A DNA stretch of 64,000 bases from NCBI GenBank assembly GCA_021613535.1, contig CP075492.1, forward strand, positions 17,670,001 to 17,734,000. The letters are read 5' to 3'. Position 1 is the first letter of the stretch, and each line of letters begins with the position of its first letter. A model generated the notes under the pieces. That model saw only the letters and a program-made list of their open reading frames with translations. It had not been told where the DNA came from and made no database searches. Below are positions 53,565 to 64,000 of this stretch, piece after piece. Both the position numbers and the translations under genes were made by a program. Source of the DNA: Adineta vaga (lineage: Eukaryota > Animalia > Rotifera).

Positions 53565-54677
53565 CCCATGTCGAGAAAATCGCCGCGATTTTTGCGATTT
53601 TAAAAAAAATCGGCGTAAAATCGCGATTAATCATATTTTTAAAAAAAATCGCCGATTAAATCATGTTTAATCATGATAATGATGAAAGAAACGATTTTTA
53701 AGAAATCGCCGATTAATCGCAACGATTAATCGTGATAGATTGGAATTTTTTACGTCAGGTGTACGATTTTTCTTATATTACCTTAAGTTTGATATATTCA
53801 TACATAATTTCTATTTTACATATATCAGATTATGTTTTTAGACATTTAATTACAAGATAAAAAATTATTGTTGAATTTGATGTCGTTAGTGTCGCGTTCA
53901 TTTGGTTGGGTATTCATTATATAGACTAACGTCTCGTCTGTCGTCTATGGTCTTTGTAATCATTATTTCATTATGTATAGAAGAAAATTTGCTAAGTCTT
54001 AGAACACGACTTATTTATTGATTTCTTTTAGATTTTATCACTATACTTTTGAATCAAGTTGAAGTTCCAGTATTAATAACAAGTGCTGAATCTGTAAGCA
54101 TCATAGGCATAAATATATTCACTTTTCCTTCTAATTTTTTTTCTAATTAGGTTCACAAATCAAGTATTAATCGAAGAAACTGATCGTTTTGAAATTCCAG
54201 CTGCAAAAACAGCATAGCGAAACTCTTTTTACTCTCCTTCTTTATCTTAATATTTTTTTTGTATTATAACTATATTTTCTCGTTCATATCTCTACATGTG
54301 TTAATTGTAACTTTCTTTCTCGTTTTATTGTATATGTACTGTGATCTTTCTCATGTGGTTTTTCTTTCCAAAATCAATTTAACTGTAACAGGCGTTCTAG
54401 TGAATAATTGTAGTTGAATAAAATATGATTTAAAAACCTAGCTATATCTATTCCATCAGCTTGTAGGAAAACTACCGATTAATCGCGATTATACCGAATA
54501 TAATCGGCGATACTACTGCAGTAATACATTGAAAAATCAGCGATAAATCGTGATAAATCATGGTAATCGTCACAAATATCGTGAAAAATCGGCGATTAAT
54601 CGCTGATTAATTGGACGATTATCGTTTCGATAAATCGCGATATATCGCCAATTTTTGAGCGATTTTCATGACATGGG
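53565..54677. mobile_element. Non-autonomous CACTA/EnSpm-type element (CCCATGTC termini, 2-bp TSD TT)
   Basis: cccatgtcgagaaaatcgc / gcgattttcatgacatggg (17/19); AATCG/CGATT subterminal repeats. Confidence 0.9.
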
Positions 54678-55088
54678 TTTAAGAGTAAAAATTTGAATAA
54701 GAGAAATATAGTGATGCAAACGATTTGACACATTGTAGATATCTTCTATCATCATTTATACACCTGCACATTCGTAACTTTATCTGACGTAGTGGTTTTA
54801 AAAAACCTGACATCAAGTAAATGTGTGTAATCGATTCATCACACGATAGTGAAGACGCACATACCTGATTGAAGATAATTAATATATCATACATGATGCA
54901 TGATTTTCGATCCTTTCTTGTTTTTCTCCCGACCACACAAATACATGAATATCATATTTTCGTTATCAAAAACAAGTCTGAAATGACTTTCGCCTCTTCA
55001 TTTTCAAAGAATATAAATCTATTGTATAAATAACATTTCATCATTTAAATTGAAAACAACTTGACATTAAACAAACACTTTACACGCA

Positions 55089-55941
55089 ATGTCCAACAAT
55101 CATTTGAATTCTACAATGCTTACGAAAAACTACTATACGAATCAAATTAGTACAACTTACCCTGTTCATCAGTCCTATCAAAATACTTCGTACTATCCTG
55201 ATTTAAATAGTTCACGTCGTCATCATCGTGTAGTTCGGTCAAATCTATCATCAACGATGCAAGGTAATTATAGACAAATGTTTTCATATCTCGACTAAAT
55301 AATATTGTATCGATAGGAGAGAAAAAAGTTACCGGTTAGAATATGCTATGTTTTCTTTCTTTCAAAAGTGTCAACCGTGAAATGATGATAAAAGATACAT
55401 ATACTCATATCTGATTTCTTTTCTCTTCCTATTTCTAATTACCTATTCAGCAATAGCATTATTTTATGTTTTAATGACAAACGTAAAGAATAGTTAGATG
55501 AGTGAGAACATAAAGTAGACACAAAAAAAAGATTATTTCAAACTATCTGAATATATTTTACTTTAAGAATCGACAAGAAACAATCGTCATTTAGCTGCAC
55601 AGGCCCCTTCCACTAGACAATATCGTTGGCACAACTATGGAGGTTCTGGAGCAATGGGAAATATGATGATGGTTGGTATTCCTCTTGCAGCTAGTGGTTT
55701 AATGATGGGTCTACAATCTGTACCTCAAGGCAATTTCTCAGGAGGATTTGGTAATGTTTTTAGTCAAATGGGTGGTTTTAATGGTTCAGGTTTGCAAGAT
55801 GTAGTTCCTGTTGGTGCTTTAGGAGATATCGGAGCTGGTTTCAGTGATATAGGTTCTGGTCTAGGTGACATCGGTTCGAATTTAGGTGATATAGGTGATA
55901 TCGCGAGTAATATATTTGATATAGCTGGTAGTTTGTTTTGA
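55089..55941 (+). CDS. Small Gly-rich protein with (G/S)DIG repeats, two exons
   Basis: Exon 55089-55263 splices in frame to ~55595-55941. Confidence 0.6.
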
Positions 55942-56302
55942 TGTGATACTTCGTTTTTTATACTCAAATGTGTTTTTTTTCTATAGGAATTGATTATATA
56001 TATATTCTTTTTTCATATCCGAAGTAGGACATAAGTATTTTTACTTGTCCTACTTCAGATTTTATATGTTCTGCATTTTGTCATATATATTTTTCTATTT
56101 GTACTTTTGAAATTGTTCTTTTATGAATTAATTTCAATATGAAAGAGATAAACAATCGACATTGTGAATATCGATGTGAAAAACTTATTCAAAAGTAGAT
56201 TCCACATCTTCAATAAAGATTCAACTAATTGGGGCTATTAATTATTTATTAACAACTATAAAATGTGTTTTGAAGCCATTATTTTGTGCAAATAACGTCA
56301 AT

Positions 56303-56346
56303 TGTGTGTGTGTGTGAGCCTGTCTCTAACTGACACCCATACCCTT
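56303..56346. repeat. Telomeric-repeat site 20 (degenerate)
   Basis: (tg)n-gag...gacacccataccctt. Confidence 0.5.
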
Positions 56347-56411
56347 TTATACATTTTATTCTTATCTTTATCCATATAAATCTTTTTTTTAAACATATTT
56401 TTATTATACAA

Positions 56412-57636
56412 ATGGCCATGGCAAACAACACAACACAATGTTTCAAATGTCAGAAATATGAAAAAATAATAGTTCTTTGCAAAGGTTGTTCAAAGAAATT
56501 TTGTCAAACAGATTTCAATGAACATCAACAATTATTAAATGAAGAATTAAACTTAATTATTAATGATTATAATCAATTTAGACAAAAGATAAATGAACAA
56601 AAACAAAATCCACAAAATCATTCATTAATCAAACAAATTGATCAATGGGAAACAATAATTCTATTCGAATAATTCAACAAACAGCTGAACATTGTCGACA
56701 AAAAGTTATTGAATATTCTAAAATAAGTGTGGAAGAGATTGAAGAAAAGTTAAATAAATTAAGTGAACAAATCAAAGAAATTCAACGAGAAAATGAATTT
56801 AATGAAATTGATTTAAATGATCTAAAAAGAGAATTGAGTAAGTTGAATATGTTATAGATTTTTAATCTTGAAGATAAATGAAGAAATAGAAAAGAATTAT
56901 AATTTGATTTTATAAAAAGAACTTTCGAAATAATTTAAAATCATATTCATTTTTTTTTCTTTGTGATTCAATTCAGTTTAAATTTAATATTAAAATAAAT
57001 TCTAAACGATATCATTTTCACCGTTTTAATTGAAATAAATGTTTTATTCTTTAAAAAATGTTTCTTCTTCTCAAAATAATATTTTCCATTCTATAATGTT
57101 TCATGTTGTCAAATCAATTTCATTCATTTCTTTTCTCGTCTTCGATTATACGATCAAAATAAGGAAAATTCATTTTATCAATAAAAATTGAATCAATTCT
57201 TTAATGAAAAAAAAGAATCTTTTTTATCCTTGTGCGTTTAGAAGCAAAATTTCAACAATACGGAGTTATTGTCGCGGGAGGAAATGGAAATGGAAGTCTA
57301 GTAAATCAACTCAATAGTCCTCATGGAATTTTTGTTTGTGAAAACCAAACGATTTTCATTGTTGATGATAAAAATCATCGTGTTCTTGAGTGGAAATGTA
57401 ATGGAAAACAAGGACAAATCATTGCAGGTGGGAATGGACAAGGAAACAGAATAGATCAATTGAATGGACCAACAGATATGATTGTTAATTCACAAAATAA
57501 TTCCATTATCATTGCTGATCATGACAACAGACGAGTAATGCGATGGTCACGAGATCAAAAACAAGAAATTCTTATTCAAAATATTAAGTGTTGGGGTTTA
57601 ACAATGGATTCATATGTATATCTTTCTGTTTCTGAT
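56412..57636 (+). pseudogene. B-box-like/coiled-coil plus NHL-repeat gene, frameshifted and cut at site 21
   Basis: C..C...C.GC...FC..DF.EH; frameshift ~56660; NHL repeats end abruptly at YLSVSDE. Confidence 0.8.
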
Positions 57637-57692
57637 GAGGGTGTGGGTGGTATATTTATTCACAATGACACCCACACCCCACCCACCCCTCA
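57636..57692. repeat. Telomeric-repeat palindromic site 21
   Basis: tgagggtgtgggtg-core-cacccacaccccacccacccctca. Confidence 0.9.
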
Positions 57693-58244
57693 CCTAAACC
57701 CGTTTTTTCCTTGTCAGTTCAAAAAGCGAAGAAAAAACACTGCTTATCACAACACGCTTCATTCTTACAATGTGTTTTCCATATATACTACCATGATATA
57801 TAAAGCAAACATAAGTACAGAATGGAACTATATCATCCAAACTGGATAAAAGCCATCGTTTTATCTATCGTACCATACGAAACAATGGACTACCGGTTGT
57901 AACTATTCTAGCAGAATCCATGTGAAGGAATGAAGCATTTAGACAGAATGATACCATCATATTTGAATCTATGAAAATCCTTTAAGACTTACGAAAGTTT
58001 TTGATTCACGCTAATAACGTCAAAAATGAAAATTATAGAAGTACCAATCGTAAGACATGTTCACAATGAAAAGTGAGAACACGAGAAATCTCTTACACTC
58101 TCAAGTATCCGAAAAGTATGTCTATCTGTTTTTTGTTGATTTTCAAGAAGAAAATATTTATTTCAAAGTTTTTCTTTGTCATTTCTCTTCATTTACGAAT
58201 TGCATCTATTCGAACATATTTACGCGCAAACAGTTTCTCGAACA

Positions 58245-58321
58245 TTCAACATATTCATTTCTCAGACTGTCAACAGTCACTAACGTGTTTTTGTTGACAA
58301 TCATCATTCGACTACGTTGAA
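58245..58321 (-). promoter_or_regulatory. SECIS element (form 2)
   Basis: AUGAU-gauugucaaca-AAAA-cac/gug ministem-uguugacaguc-UGAG; 11-bp helix II; helix I uucaacgua/uauguugaa; ~50 nt after the stop. Confidence 0.9.
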
Positions 58322-58370
58322 GTTCATAGAGTAGATCAATTCGTAAGAAAGAAGAGAAAATCAAAGATAA

Positions 58371-59601
58371 TTAACTTAATTTCATTTGTGATTGATAGAA
58401 ACTATCAATCCATTCATCAAGATCATCAATATTAAAAGTAAAATTAGTTGAATTCGGTTCAGCTTTGAGAATTAATTTTCCATTGTAAATGACATAGTAG
58501 CGAAATGGCCATGCTCCGTATGTGAGATGAAACGTATTATCCATATTATCAACAAGTATAGGCATTTGAAAATTGAATTTCTTCTGAAATTCTTGAGCAT
58601 TCTGCAATCGTTCACAAAGTTTTGTTGGTTGATCGACACAGGAAATCGTCTTTCCTACTGGCCATTCATTATGAGCGTGTGCTTCAGCTATATACACGGC
58701 TAATAGGTTGATTCCTTTGGGCACATGTGAGCGAACGAGCGCGCTACAAATCAAATTGGATTCATTTGTTCTCGGTATATAAATGGAACAAAATATGACA
58801 TACTTCATTCGCTCCACATTTGCTCGAAATGGAGGTCAACTCATCGAACCAGCCAGTATTACTAAGGGTTGACCGGCTGTTATCTGAGTGAACAGAGTTG
58901 TACACTGTCCATCGGGAGTATAGAGATCAACATTCCGTGTACATTGACCTTGATTGATTTGACCTTGACTAATTTTATTATATTTAACTAAAACAAACAT
59001 GAAATAGGGATCAATTCTAAAGGAAAACCTACCGTAGAATGCCGCTTTGATGACTGGATCATCAGGAAAACGAAAGAGAGCAGTACGTAATGCATTGACA
59101 TCATAATAACCAAAATGTTCAACGACATGTTGTTGAATAAGATCGTGAATGAAACTACATACGTATATGAAATGAGTGTTATTACAAGGAAGTAAATAGA
59201 AAGATCACTCACGTAACAGCTCCCCCATCGTGATGATATTCATCCATTAATTGTTGAATTGAATCACATAGACGAAGATGTGTTTCATAGGTAATCATTG
59301 CACGAACGATGTCGAGTGGAGGTAGTTCAGTGGATGATTTAATCACGTCGAAACCCATGTAGCCCGACGAAGGAAAGAACATGCGAACGTCCATGTATCC
59401 ATAATCCAGAAGCCGACGTGATATGGAAGGAGCTGGTGGTTGATATCGTGGTAATTGAGGAAGAACAGGTTGGACAGTAGTTCCGTTTGTAGCCGAGGGT
59501 GATGCTGATCTTTCGGCAGCGATAACTGCTGCCGTTTTTGCAGCAATTTCAGCATAGCGCTGCTCTAGAGATTGCTTCGATGACGTCTTATTGACATCCA
59601 T
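58371..59601 (-). CDS. Iodothyronine deiodinase-like selenoprotein (Sec UGA at 58838-58836)
   Basis: Exons 59601-59213, 59154-59033, 58987-58804, 58743-58371; PLVILAGSMS-U-PPF, YIAEAH..EW, VDNMDN..YGAWP.RYYVI. Confidence 0.92.
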
Positions 59602-60128
59602 CGTTGTATGCGTCGCTTCTACAGAAATGTGACTGAAACGAAGAAACAGAAAAACACTTCGTATAGGTGAAGACAAAGTAAGTAGGAAAGAAAAGTATGT
59701 TTTTGCACAACTCGATGAAATTGCTCAAAAATAAATGAAAATACTATTGAAAAGAGGCTATATTGTTAGGTTATGTAAGATATATGGAGAAAGAAATGAC
59801 TTGACGTGAATCTTCGATTCAAATCGTCAAATAAAATGTTATCTGATAATTTATGTTGTAGGATTTCTCTATGTTACTCGTGAAAGAACGACAAATAATA
59901 TTTTGACTTAAATATATCGAGACGCATTTTTTTCTTCCTTTTTCACTGATAACGTTAATATTTGTCTTGGAAGATTTATTCTCTTTCTACGACTGATCAT
60001 AGAAAAAAACCAACCGTATAAAACAAGAGCTTTTTCATAGACACCACATGTGTTCTCTTCATTCTACCATAAACTTTATCCTTTTCTCTTATGATTATAT
60101 TGAAACATATGCACGTATATGTCATATA

Positions 60129-60883
60129 TCTATCTATATATATAAAGAAGAAAGTTTGTCTGTCTGTCTGTCTGTTCGCTATGCATTCAGTCGCTGTAAT
60201 ACCCACGATCACCAAACTTTCTACGATGCTTCCTTGTGTCCCAGGAAAGGTCGACATGGGGTTAGAATGGTCATCAGGGGGTGACGGTGGGGAGGGTGTG
60301 GGTGAAATTTCACCCAGGCAGTTCAATGATAGCTAACATTCCCAAACTTTCCACAATGCTTCTCTAGGGTGTGGGTGTGGGTGTGGGTGTCTGCATCCAG
60401 GATAGACAACTACAAAGCGTGGGTTGGATTCTCAAAAAAACTGAATCTGGAGTGAAATGACTACTCTACCTGTATAGAGTAGAAGTGAAGTTTATAAAGT
60501 AGAGAATGACTTGCAGCGGGACAGTGGGTGTGGATTTAAAAGGAACAAAGCTGTATATCGTATACAAAGCCAGACAAAATCTGTAGGAAAGAACTAATGA
60601 AGAGTTGCGAAGTTCTGAAAAAAAGACCTAGTGCATGACGCGAAAAGGGATATAGGAAGGATCTCAGTACGGAGGAGAAAGACGTGTGGAAGATAGGTAA
60701 CGTACGCTGAGTGACGATCTGAAAGATTACACTAACTAAGTCAGGGCGGAAAAGGAGAGTGTGACGATTTTTTGATACACGACGGATAAATACGAACGGA
60801 GAGATCCTATGGGTGATAAGAAAAGCACTGCTGTAGATAAAAAACGTAAATTGTGTCGTTTTTGCAGCGGGTATCTCCGCTAG
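60129..60883 (+). mobile_element. Probable non-autonomous Helitron
   Basis: A|TCTATCTATATATATAAAG 5' end followed by (TGTC)n; 3' end gcagcgggtatctccgCTAG|T; no TSD. Confidence 0.6.
60367..60390. repeat. Telomeric-repeat tract (G-arm only) inside the Helitron
   Basis: a(gggtgt)n with no C-arm nearby. Confidence 0.7.
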
Positions 60884-61235
60884 TAATAACATATATCGCA
60901 ATTCATGGAAAAACGATATAAAAACCTAAATCTTCTCTGGATCATTGATATTTTCGACTATTTATGGATGCGAGAGTTCAGAAGAAAATGTTTGAAAATT
61001 TTATAGCTAATTCAAAAATCAATTCAAGTTTTTTTCTTCAATATTTTTGTTTGGTTCGATAGAGCTCGCCGAGTTCTACAAAACTGTATATATTTAAAAA
61101 ATTTTGAGTTCTTTTTTTAGTCAAAAGCCTCGAAAAACATGTTTTCTTATTGCATCTTTATTGAATGTGTATTATCTAGTAGCAAAACTGATTTTTCTAA
61201 GACACTCTCTGTTCTACAACATCATTTTACCCCAC

Positions 61236-61288
61236 TAGGGTGTGGGTGTATCTCTTCTTCTCTCACCCACACCCACACCCACACCCTA
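61236..61288. repeat. Telomeric-repeat palindromic site 22
   Basis: tagggtgtgggtgt-core-cacccacacccacacccacacccta. Confidence 0.9.
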
Positions 61289-61526
61289 AACGATAGAGAA
61301 TGGTACGGTACGAATAGAACTAAAGTGTATGGTAGATGGATGACACATTCGAAAATATCAGTGAGAATAAATACTGTAATGAAGTAATGGGAAAAAGAGA
61401 AAAAAAACGCGTGACTATTGATAATGAAAAACGAACAAAAGGATACATATGATAGATAAAGTGTCTTCACATGAGTTTATTTATTTTTGAATAATGTTTT
61501 CCCGTTGGGCTTTTAAATAAAACTGT

Positions 61527-61832
61527 TTATCGGCCCAATCCACCAGGAACACATATTGGCTTATTTTTGCCACTCCATTTTCCTGAACACTGACATTGAT
61601 AAGCTTCAACTTTCTTTCCAAAACATGTGGTAGTGCCTGTTTTACGACAACTTCCAGTCGATGCATTTCGACAGCCTTGGCAGTAAGTTCGACAACTTTG
61701 CCAAAGAATACCTGTTGCTGGCGAAGACCAACCTGTACATCGACTCCATGTATCATAACAATCCCAAGCGTTTGAAGTGTGAATAGAAAGAGTTATGAAA
61801 CAACATATAGCAAAGCACTGAATTAGATTCAT
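61527..61832 (-). CDS. Macin-family antimicrobial peptide
   Basis: Signal peptide, then DCYDTWSRCTGWSSPATGILWQSC...C..C......G.C....C......QCQC (hydramacin/theromacin pattern). Confidence 0.9.
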   Translation of the reverse strand: MNLIQCFAICCFITLSIHTSNAWDCYDTWSRCTGWSSPATGILWQSCRTYCQGCRNASTGSCRKTGTTTCFGKKVEAYQCQCSGKWSGKNKPICVPGGLGR

Positions 61833-62428
61833 TGAGTTTGTTTTTGTTTATCGTATAATGAATTCATCATAGCTATTACACTGTATATATAGATAAGCAA
61901 AACAATAATCACTTCCTAATCTTATGAGTAAATTTAATTTGAAATATAATACTTGGTTGATTCATCGGTGTGAAAAATATGGCTTCATACAACAAATAGA
62001 TATTTTATTTCGTTGACTCAAACTGAAGATTAATTTTAAAAAATTGATTGTAAAATACCTCAATTGCTGTTACGAAAGGCCTCTTTGGAATTCCTAGCAT
62101 TTCTCCTTCATAGCTCTCATGGTTCCTAAAGATTTCCGAGAATTTCTGAAGATTCTAACAGATTATGTAAACCTTTTTTGTATTCCAATGCTCTTCTGAT
62201 ATCAATACTAGAATTAATTAAAAAAATTCCAAAGACTTTCATTCAACTATAATATCGATTAGTCATTCGATAAGAAAGCATTTCGTTTTTTTTTGTTATT
62301 GACAATGTGCGAAAGGAAAAGAAATGTCAACACATTTCTTATACACAACAACATCAGCGTTATCGTTCTTTTTTCTGTGTTGGACTTTACCAAGTGGTAT
62401 TTATAATAAATTAAAGATATTTAGTACG

Positions 62429-64000
62429 ATGGAAAAATCAATGTCTATTCGAAATATGAAAATAACAACAAAAAATTCTTCGAAAAATATCATTTCTCCA
62501 CATATATTGAATATGGTCAAAGAAACATCCATCACTGTACCTAATACAAGTCTTTTCTCATCGGATGATACAGAATTGGAGAACGAACGTGATTATTTTA
62601 TTTCCAAGAAACTCCAAACAGCAACAATTACTGATTGTGATTATTCTCCATTGCAAGCAAAGATTGATTTTCCGCACAAGTTTCGACTTATTTGGTTACA
62701 TTCAATTGACTCTCAAGTAAATCCAAATCCTTTTTTTCTTTTTACAGTTGATACATTCGATAATTTTACTAATTCTAACGAATGCATTGCATTTATAACA
62801 ACAAATAAAGATGATATATTCTTTCTAATTACATCAAATGAACTTGTACAAAGTCTAATCTCTCATATTCATCATCTATCACAAATGCATTCAATTCTTA
62901 TATTTCCTTCAACTATATCTAAAAATACACAATGGATCAAAACTTGGTCAAAAATTAAAGGATTTTTTACTGATATTTCATCAATTATACAAACACTTCG
63001 GAAAGAAATTCAAGAATATCGTCATAATTCATTTATTATTGGTATTACAAGTAAAAATCTATATCACATAGATTCATGGTTTGTATGTACACAATTATTA
63101 AAAGAACTTCTTATCGAAACAAATCTTAAAAATAAACTTGATAAGAAATTTCTTGAATTTTGTCAAGAAAAACTTCGTATAAAAAAATCTGTTCTCGATG
63201 ATTTTCAACAAACTTATTATTTACATTCACCAATCTGGTGGTTTATACAAGATTATTTTCTTTTTCATACAATTAATCAAGCATTTCAATTACATCAAAT
63301 CAACGTTCTTATAGAAATGAAATTCTTTATTCAAGATCTTTGTCAAGAAATTCAAAAGAAATCAAAATTAATATCTGAAACAATGACACTGTATCGAGGT
63401 CAAAGATTATCCAATGAAGATTTTCAATACTTTTATACGATACAAGGTGGTCTTTGTTCATTTAATAGTTTTTTAGTAGCAACTATTTATGAAGAAACAG
63501 CAATTTCTTATGCTCGAAAGGATCCTAATCTGATTGGAATTGTTTTTCAAATAAATATTTATCTATCGAAAGGAAATTCTATAGAAATAGTTTCATTAGA
63601 AAATGATGATTTACAAGGAGAATTTTTATTTATGATTAATACAATGTTTCGAATTGGTCAAATGAAACAAATTGATGATCAACTTTGGCAAATTCAATTG
63701 GAATTGATCAATAATGATGATGAAGATTTCAAACAAATCAATAAATTTATTGAAAAACAAACTCAAGGATCATTTGGATGGGATCGAATTAGTAAATTAT
63801 ATTTTAATATGGAATATTTCGATAAAGCTGAAGAAATTTTACAATTTCTAATTGATAAAACGGATAAGAATCATGTAACAACACTTGTTGATCAATATCA
63901 TTTAATGGGATTAATTAAAACAAAAAAATATGAATATAAAAAAGCATTTCTTTATTATTATAAAGCATTGAAATTAATTACAAATTCTGTTCATGTGAAT
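62429..64000 (+). CDS. ADP-ribosyltransferase-domain plus TPR protein, runs off the window end; start uncertain (62324 also in frame)
   Basis: LIWL, PIWWF, FFIQDL, TLYRGQ, SFNSFL, EFLF...FRI, then TPR-like helices. Confidence 0.8.
   Translation, partial: MEKSMSIRNMKITTKNSSKNIISPHILNMVKETSITVPNTSLFSSDDTELENERDYFISKKLQTATITDCDYSPLQAKIDFPHKFRLIWLHSIDSQVNPNPFFLFTVDTFDNFTNSNECIAFITTNKDDIFFLITSNELVQSLISHIHHLSQMHSILIFPSTISKNTQWIKTWSKIKGFFTDISSIIQTLRKEIQEYRHNSFIIGITSKNLYHIDSWFVCTQLLKELLIETNLKNKLDKKFLEFCQEKLRIKKSVLDDFQQTYYLHSPIWWFIQDYFLFHTINQAFQLHQINVLIEMKFFIQDLCQEIQKKSKLISETMTLYRGQRLSNEDFQYFYTIQGGLCSFNSFLVATIYEETAISYARKDPNLIGIVFQINIYLSKGNSIEIVSLENDDLQGEFLFMINTMFRIGQMKQIDDQLWQIQLELINNDDEDFKQINKFIEKQTQGSFGWDRISKLYFNMEYFDKAEEILQFLIDKTDKNHVTTLVDQYHLMGLIKTKKYEYKKAFLYYYKALKLITNSVHVN

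Noticed and set aside
9966-61288. Palindromic sites as a CRISPR array or an ordinary MITE family
   Set aside because: They are dispersed kilobases apart in eukaryotic DNA with no cas genes. No consistent TSD is present; the aaaataat/aaaataac match at site 14 lies between unrelated genes. A MITE origin is disfavoured but not fully excluded.
2224-61470. Many short 60-120 aa ORFs in the track (antisense to genes or within TEs and repeats, e.g. 37608-37886, 41704-41889, 60536-60901)
   Set aside because: Shadow or low-complexity ORFs; WVWV/THTH runs are translated telomeric repeats
1-64000. Bacterial contig or contamination
   Set aside because: Spliceosomal introns, a eukaryotic SECIS and eukaryotic DNA transposons occur throughout; no rRNA or tRNA genes recognised

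Overview
AT-rich eukaryotic DNA with short GT-AG introns. The gene families (NHL-repeat, ART-TPR, repeated TM-module plus FG-GAP, F-box) and the (TGTGGG)n/(TGAGGG)n repeats point to a bdelloid rotifer, probably an accessory or subtelomere-like region (inference). The most striking feature is a set of about 22 short palindromic sites (mostly 35-150 bp) of the form CTTGAG-(GGGTGT)n-core-(ACACCC)n-CTCAAG between 9,966 and 61,288. They always read G-arm then C-arm, as in a telomere-telomere fusion, and reuse a small set of cores. They sit just downstream of stop codons of intact genes or exactly at breakpoints of truncated genes and transposons. They divide the region into gene-sized segments, each reading (ACACCC)n-gene-(GGGTGT)n. 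Cargo includes a deiodinase-like selenoprotein (in-frame UGA plus a canonical SECIS), a macin antimicrobial peptide, a Cys-rich peptide, an ADP1/ABCG24-type ABC transporter, a ToxA-like methyltransferase, an AT-1 transporter, a NEURL4-type ART/TMEM272 fusion, a VWA-RING/U-box pseudogene, and NHL and ART-TPR genes. Mobile DNA includes an apparently intact intron-containing hAT, EnSpm/CACTA-type remnants and MITEs, a mariner remnant, a foldback element and a probable non-autonomous Helitron. All family assignments come from motif recognition by eye; no searches were run.
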